Part shown: in pieces, positions 15,662 through 20,000 of the stretch
Layout of the letters: every line of letters starts with the position of its first letter
Position numbering within the stretch: position 1 is the stretch's first letter
Origin: an uncultured virus (IMG/VR IMGVR_UViG_3300042880_001179)
Taxonomy: Duplodnaviria > Heunggongvirae > Uroviricota > Caudoviricetes
IMG/VR virus record: IMGVR_UViG_3300042880_001179
Length of the DNA stretch: 20,000 bases
Reading direction: 5' to 3' (one strand)
Program-made: the position numbers and the translations under genes
The notes under the pieces: model-generated
Told to the model about the DNA's origin: nothing
The model's input: only the letters and a program-made list of their open reading frames with translations
The model's database searches: none

Positions 15662-16738
15662 ATGAGCGATAATAAAGAAATATTCCACCTTCTTCCTTAT
15701 GTTGTAGAAGATATATTTACAGCTATGGATGTTGGGCAAAATATGGGTTGGCAGATAACAGCATTTAATCTTCCTGAAGTGTGGAAATACACTAAGGGAG
15801 CGAATGTTACTGTGGCCATTATTGATTCTGGTGTTGATTTGGAACATCCTGATCTAGTGAGTAGTATTGTTACTGGTAAAAACTTTGTTGAAACAGACAT
15901 GCCTCCATTTGATTCGGGACAACATGGCACCCATGTGGCAGGAATTATTGCTGCAAATGACAATAAATTCGGTGTAGTTGGTGTAGCCCCTGATTGTAAA
16001 ATTATGCCTTTAAAGGTTTTGAATAGTTATGGTCAAGGGAAAATCGAGCATGTTGAACAGGCAATTAGGTATGCCGTTGACAATGGTGCCGACCTTATAA
16101 CCATGAGCTTGGGCTGCAGAAGTGCAGTCCCCAGTGTGTTAGATGCGATAAATTATGCAAATTCAAAAAGCGTTGTGTGTTTTGTAGCTGCAGGAAATGC
16201 AGGGTCTACCAAACAGTTGCTTTATCCAGCCGCCTATTCTGAATGCATTTCTATTGGTGCAGTTGACGAGCAGTCTATGAGAGCAGACTTTAGTTGCACT
16301 GGACCAAATTTAGATTTTGTTGCTCCGGGTGTAAAAATATTTAGCACAGTACCAAAATCAAGCTATGCATTTCTTAGTGGCACTTCTATGGCATGTCCCT
16401 TTGCTCTTGGCGTTGCTGTATTAGTCTTAAGTGAAAAAAGACTTGACGATAAGAATGCCAAGCTTGGAATCAATGACTATAGAAAAATTCTTTCAGAAGA
16501 AACGGTACCAATCAAGAATTTAGATACTAATTTGGATGCAAATGGTGCTAAATTTTGGCAGGGAATGGGAATAATTAATCCTGCACAGTTTGAATCTTGG
16601 GTTGAATATAGAAACGTTGAAGAAATAAAAAAAGAAATTCTTGTTTTAGGTGATAAGATTTCTCAAGTTAAAAAGAAAAATTTAATTGAGGAAATTCAAG
16701 CTGCTATTAAAAGTCTTGAATCAAAAATAATCGTTTAA
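15662..16738 (+). CDS. subtilisin-family (S8) serine protease
   Basis: VAIIDSGVD (Asp), HGTHVAGII (His), AAGN, SGTSMACP (Ser); C-terminal coiled-coil extension; start at 15662 preferred over 15635. Confidence 0.95.
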   Translation: MSDNKEIFHLLPYVVEDIFTAMDVGQNMGWQITAFNLPEVWKYTKGANVTVAIIDSGVDLEHPDLVSSIVTGKNFVETDMPPFDSGQHGTHVAGIIAANDNKFGVVGVAPDCKIMPLKVLNSYGQGKIEHVEQAIRYAVDNGADLITMSLGCRSAVPSVLDAINYANSKSVVCFVAAGNAGSTKQLLYPAAYSECISIGAVDEQSMRADFSCTGPNLDFVAPGVKIFSTVPKSSYAFLSGTSMACPFALGVAVLVLSEKRLDDKNAKLGINDYRKILSEETVPIKNLDTNLDANGAKFWQGMGIINPAQFESWVEYRNVEEIKKEILVLGDKISQVKKKNLIEEIQAAIKSLESKIIV

Positions 16739-17026
16739 TAATGTTTTTATTTTTTCACAATCTTCTTTGTGAGACTCACAGGCTTCCGCTTCTTTATCAA
16801 GGACATAATTAAAAAATTGGCCAAAAAGACTGTTAGGTCTTGAATTTCTTTTTCCTTCATGGGTTGTAAAATTATCTTGTGCAGTTTTCACAAGGTTTTT
16901 AATTGCTTTTGGTAAAAAAATGTAACAGAAACTGCATCCCAGTCTTTGATGCACCATGAAGTCTGACATTTTAAAATTACAAACCGGGCATGAATTTTCA
17001 TGGCCTTTAGTTGAAAAAATATACAT
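16721..17026 (-). CDS. McsA-like Zn-finger protein (truncated; second Zn finger plus degenerate UVR-like helix)
   Basis: CPVC-x6-F-x4-RLGCSFCY...HEGK follows the McsA signature CxxC...F...GRxGCxxCY...HxGK. Confidence 0.75.
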   Translation of the reverse strand: MYIFSTKGHENSCPVCNFKMSDFMVHQRLGCSFCYIFLPKAIKNLVKTAQDNFTTHEGKRNSRPNSLFGQFFNYVLDKEAEACESHKEDCEKIKTLLNDYF

Positions 17027-17480
17027 CTAAATTTTCCAAAAAATGTTTATCAAAGGCGTGCATTGTGTCGTTATTTAAATTATAAATTTTTTGCTTACTT
17101 TCGGCAATTTTTTCATCACATTTATTTTTAACATTCTCTACAAACTGTTTATTTTCCTGAGAAATTTCCATGTCTTCCATTTTGATAGCTTCTTTTTTTA
17201 ATTTATAAATCAACATTAATTTAAATAACTCTTGCTTATTTGGTGGTAAATCTTTAATTTTAAAAACTTTTCCTTTTCTATTGATTTGAATTTTATCAAT
17301 ATTTTTATAATCTAATATTTCTTGCACATTATCTTTCCACATAACGAAAACAAAGTTTTGGCTAGTTTCCTGCTTACTTACTTCCGGAATTGTAGATGAT
17401 CGTTTATATTTGTAAATTGCCAAACATAAAATTATCAATACGGTTGTAATTATGAGTGATTTTTTAAATGAGACCGCCAC
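17007..17480 (-). CDS. membrane-anchored hypothetical protein
   Basis: N-terminal [20 protein letters not shown] start at 17480 with GGAG RBS preferred over TTG 17492. Confidence 0.7.
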   Translation of the reverse strand: MAVSFKKSLIITTVLIILCLAIYKYKRSSTIPEVSKQETSQNFVFVMWKDNVQEILDYKNIDKIQINRKGKVFKIKDLPPNKQELFKLMLIYKLKKEAIKMEDMEISQENKQFVENVKNKCDEKIAESKQKIYNLNNDTMHAFDKHFLENLDVYFFN

Positions 17481-19746
17481 TTTCGGCTCCAAAAGATATA
17501 GAAGTCCAAGTTGTAGAAGTTAAAGCTACTTGTACTGGACTGCTAACTAAAGTTGGCACTGAAGAATTAATACCTAAAATTCCATAGGCGTTTTGCCCCC
17601 AAGACCAAACAGTGCCATCTGTTCTTTGTGCAACCATGGTATTGACTCCACTAGCACAAGCAGCAAATTTCCAAGAACCGGGAACTTGTGTTGGGGCCGA
17701 TCTTGAAATAATATCATTTAATCCAAGAACGCCACCGGGATTATAACCCCATGTCCACAAGGTGTTGTCATTTTTGATTGCCGCAGAATAACTATTTCCA
17801 ACAGCAACCGTTTTATAGTTGTTGCCAATGAAAACTGGTGCGGATACGTTTCCTAAGGTAACGATGCCGAGTTGTCCTAGATTATTGGAACCCCATCCCC
17901 ACAAAAAAGAATTTATATCAATTACAAGAACATGATTAGATAAAGCAATTGTAGGATAAGAGTTAGATATCATTAATTGTGTGCCAAATACAACCTGAGT
18001 AGGTTGAGACATATTTATGGTATTGTTTAGTCCTAATTTACCAAGTGAATTTGAGCCCCACATAAATAGATTTTGAGAAGTATTTATGGCAGCAGAAATT
18101 CGATTGCCTCCAAATGCACATACCCAGTTATTTGCAACTCCTACTTGAATTGGTGAACTTCGGTTAACGAGACTGTTATTCCCAAGTTGTCCATAGCTAT
18201 TGTCTCCCCATGCTGCCAAAGTGCCATTACTTCTAATTGCAAGTGTGTGAGTATATCCCATGCCCAACGAATTTTCAGCAGTGTTCCAAAGAATAGTTGA
18301 AGGGGAAGATATGGGAGGTATTTGTATTGGGAAAATAGCAGATGCTTTGTTATTATTTCCTAGTTGTCCATAGGAATTATTGCCCCAGACCCAAAGTTGT
18401 CCATTAAAAGTAACTCCTCCAGCAAACCGGTTGTTTCCTGCTTGGAATTGCCCAAAAGTAAGACCTCCGGCAACTTGAGTTGGAGATGATATATTGCCAA
18501 CAACTGCGCCGTTTCCTATTTGGCCGCTTACTTGAGAGCCCCACATATACAAAGTTCCCGGTATTCTGGTCGCTGTTGGACTAGGGGTAGGCGATGGAGT
18601 ACCTGTTGGCGAAGGTGTTGCGCTGGCAGAAGGTGTCGGCGTTGGAGAATCTGTCGGTGTCGGACTGGGGGTGATCGTAGGGGTTGCTGTAGCCTCAGTG
18701 CCTAAGGGGGTGGGAGTTGGCGCTTCTGTAGCCGTTGGGCTTGGAGTAGGCCCGGGCGTAAAAGTTATAGTGGGAGTGGGACTGGGCGTAGGACCATCTG
18801 TAGGCGTTGGGCTTGGCGTTAATGTCGGTGTAGCCGTAGGCGCTGGTGTCACTGTAATAGTTGGAGTTGGCAAAGGAGGATATACCAAAGAACTAACTTG
18901 CAAAGTAGCTCCAGCTACATCTTGCGCAGTTGAACCTTCGGGTATTTGCCTTCTTACCCAAATTGGACATAATTCACCTTCACCGGCAATATTTGGGTTA
19001 TTCAGCAATGTTCCAATAGTAACAGGAGTGTTCGCTGGTGCAAGGAAAAACTGAGGTCCTTCAGGAGCGGTCAAGCCGTCTGTGGCACCGGGAATAGTAT
19101 TAATTGGTGAACCGGGAGTCACTTTGGTTGCCGATATGGCAACACCCATAGTATTCGTAGTGGTCATCATATTATGGTATTTGTTACCACTTGCACCCGT
19201 AAAAGCTACTTCAATTGTTAAATTCGAGATTGGTGTTCCTATAACTCTACAAATTACGCCGCCAAGAATATCTTGGCCTACTATGTCAGTCAATAAATTG
19301 AGTTGGTTTTGTAGATTTATGGCAATATCTATGGGATCTCCAGCGTTAATAGGAGCTAGAACATAAGGGTTGCCAAAAGAATCGTAATATGTAAATGTTA
19401 CAGTGCCACTCGTTGGATAAGGGTTAAACACATATCTTTGGACATCATTCACCAAATAAAATCCAATATACACTTGTGCAGGGGTGTTTAGTTGGCCTGC
19501 CAAATACATTTGTAAACTATTAAGCGCAGCATTACCATCGTTATCGATATAAATCATTCTGTAGTCAGTAATGCCATTTAAAACATCTTGGGCTGGCACA
19601 TTTGAAAACAGATTAGCTATAGTATTATTGGGAACAACTTGGTAGCGGGGATCGCCACCAGTACTATTATTGGGTGTCCAGCCTACTCCTACTGGTCTTA
19701 CCGGACCTTCAGAGTATATAAATTGTGCATTAGCTTCGACTGCCAT
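17464..19746 (-). CDS. putative tail-fibre/adhesin: N-terminal virion-anchor domain, Pro/Thr linker, 7-blade RCC1/BLIP-II propeller
   Basis: NLFSNV...[12 protein letters not shown]-domain; about 100-aa (PT/PS)n linker; seven [L/V]xxWGxxxxGx[L/I]G repeats. Confidence 0.9.
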   Translation of the reverse strand: MAVEANAQFIYSEGPVRPVGVGWTPNNSTGGDPRYQVVPNNTIANLFSNVPAQDVLNGITDYRMIYIDNDGNAALNSLQMYLAGQLNTPAQVYIGFYLVNDVQRYVFNPYPTSGTVTFTYYDSFGNPYVLAPINAGDPIDIAINLQNQLNLLTDIVGQDILGGVICRVIGTPISNLTIEVAFTGASGNKYHNMMTTTNTMGVAISATKVTPGSPINTIPGATDGLTAPEGPQFFLAPANTPVTIGTLLNNPNIAGEGELCPIWVRRQIPEGSTAQDVAGATLQVSSLVYPPLPTPTITVTPAPTATPTLTPSPTPTDGPTPSPTPTITFTPGPTPSPTATEAPTPTPLGTEATATPTITPSPTPTDSPTPTPSASATPSPTGTPSPTPSPTATRIPGTLYMWGSQVSGQIGNGAVVGNISSPTQVAGGLTFGQFQAGNNRFAGGVTFNGQLWVWGNNSYGQLGNNNKASAIFPIQIPPISSPSTILWNTAENSLGMGYTHTLAIRSNGTLAAWGDNSYGQLGNNSLVNRSSPIQVGVANNWVCAFGGNRISAAINTSQNLFMWGSNSLGKLGLNNTINMSQPTQVVFGTQLMISNSYPTIALSNHVLVIDINSFLWGWGSNNLGQLGIVTLGNVSAPVFIGNNYKTVAVGNSYSAAIKNDNTLWTWGYNPGGVLGLNDIISRSAPTQVPGSWKFAACASGVNTMVAQRTDGTVWSWGQNAYGILGINSSVPTLVSSPVQVALTSTTWTSISFGAESGGLI
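18565..18880 (-). repeat. coding Pro/Thr/Ser low-complexity linker
   Basis: [33 protein letters not shown]...TPSPTATR. Confidence 0.9.
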
Positions 19747-19758
19747 AATTAATTCCTA

Positions 19759-19767
19759 TGCTATAAT
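19759..19767 (+). promoter_or_regulatory. extended -10 sigma70 promoter
   Basis: TGCTATAAT is an exact TGnTATAAT, 30 nt before ATG 19798; GGAG RBS at 19787-19790. Confidence 0.55.
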
Positions 19768-19797
19768 AGTATGTAGAATAAAACTCGGAGTCTTTAT

Positions 19798-20000
19798 ATG
19801 AAATTAGGTGCGGACCCTGAATTTTTTGTAGTAGACAGCCATAGCACTTTCATAAATGCTATTAAGGTATGCAATAATAAAAAAAGCAAACCTTATAAAT
19901 TATCTAAAGATTCCATTCTATATCACGATAATGTTTTGCTGGAGGTTAATATACAACCAGCAAATAATGTAGAAGAATTTGTAAGTAGAATTATTGATGC
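19798..20000 (+). CDS. phiEco32-like COOH-NH2 ligase (type 2), 5' part, runs off the right edge
   Basis: Not in the ORF track; MKLGADPEFFVVD...KSKPY...HDNVLLEVNIQPANNVEEFVSRI has the GxDPE and DNVxxExxxxPA..EEF motifs. Confidence 0.8.
   Translation, partial: MKLGADPEFFVVDSHSTFINAIKVCNNKKSKPYKLSKDSILYHDNVLLEVNIQPANNVEEFVSRIID

Noticed and set aside
17464..18560. DNA-level repeats in the RCC1 region as a possible DGR or CRISPR array
   Set aside because: The similarity follows the protein repeats; there is no template/variable pair with adenine-specific differences, no reverse transcriptase and no repeat-spacer periodicity.
18520..19366. Plus-strand ORFs 18520..18705, 18671..19054 and 19082..19366
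   Set aside because: Antisense shadows of the Pro/Thr linker and fibre gene (GV repeats mirror TP repeats); no RBS.
1..20000. Stop-codon reassignment (TAG or TGA) as in some jumbo phages
   Set aside because: Recognisable enzymes are full-length under code 11, coding density is high, and TAG/TGA end genes at sensible positions.

Overview
AT-rich, gene-dense segment of what is most likely a large (jumbo-type) tailed phage genome. There are no rRNA, tRNA, CRISPR or housekeeping genes, and the standard genetic code reads cleanly. From left to right: (i) a minus-strand run of small early-type ORFs, including an Ead/Ea22-like protein, a partial stand-alone ABC transmembrane domain and a Zn-deaminase; (ii) at least 7 small genes starting with an M-x(1-4)-F-x-x-[F/W/L]-x(1-4)-E N-terminus that resembles the T4 capsid-targeting sequence, including a tandem set of Cys-loop, Lys-rich peptides; (iii) four unrelated proteases (C39-like, papain C1, trypsin S1, subtilisin S8); (iv) a LAGLIDADG-fold protein with both catalytic Asp positions substituted; (v) two GT9-like glycosyltransferases (one with TPRs) interleaved with putative virion proteins; (vi) a truncated McsA-like Zn-finger protein; (vii) a Pro/Thr-linker, 7-blade RCC1 fibre-like protein; and (viii) the start of a phiEco32-type COOH-NH2 ligase. 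A recurring TA(A/G/T/C)ATA motif resembling the T4 late promoter sits upstream of many genes, in four cases 4-5 nt before the ATG. All family calls come from motif recognition by eye; no database searches were run.
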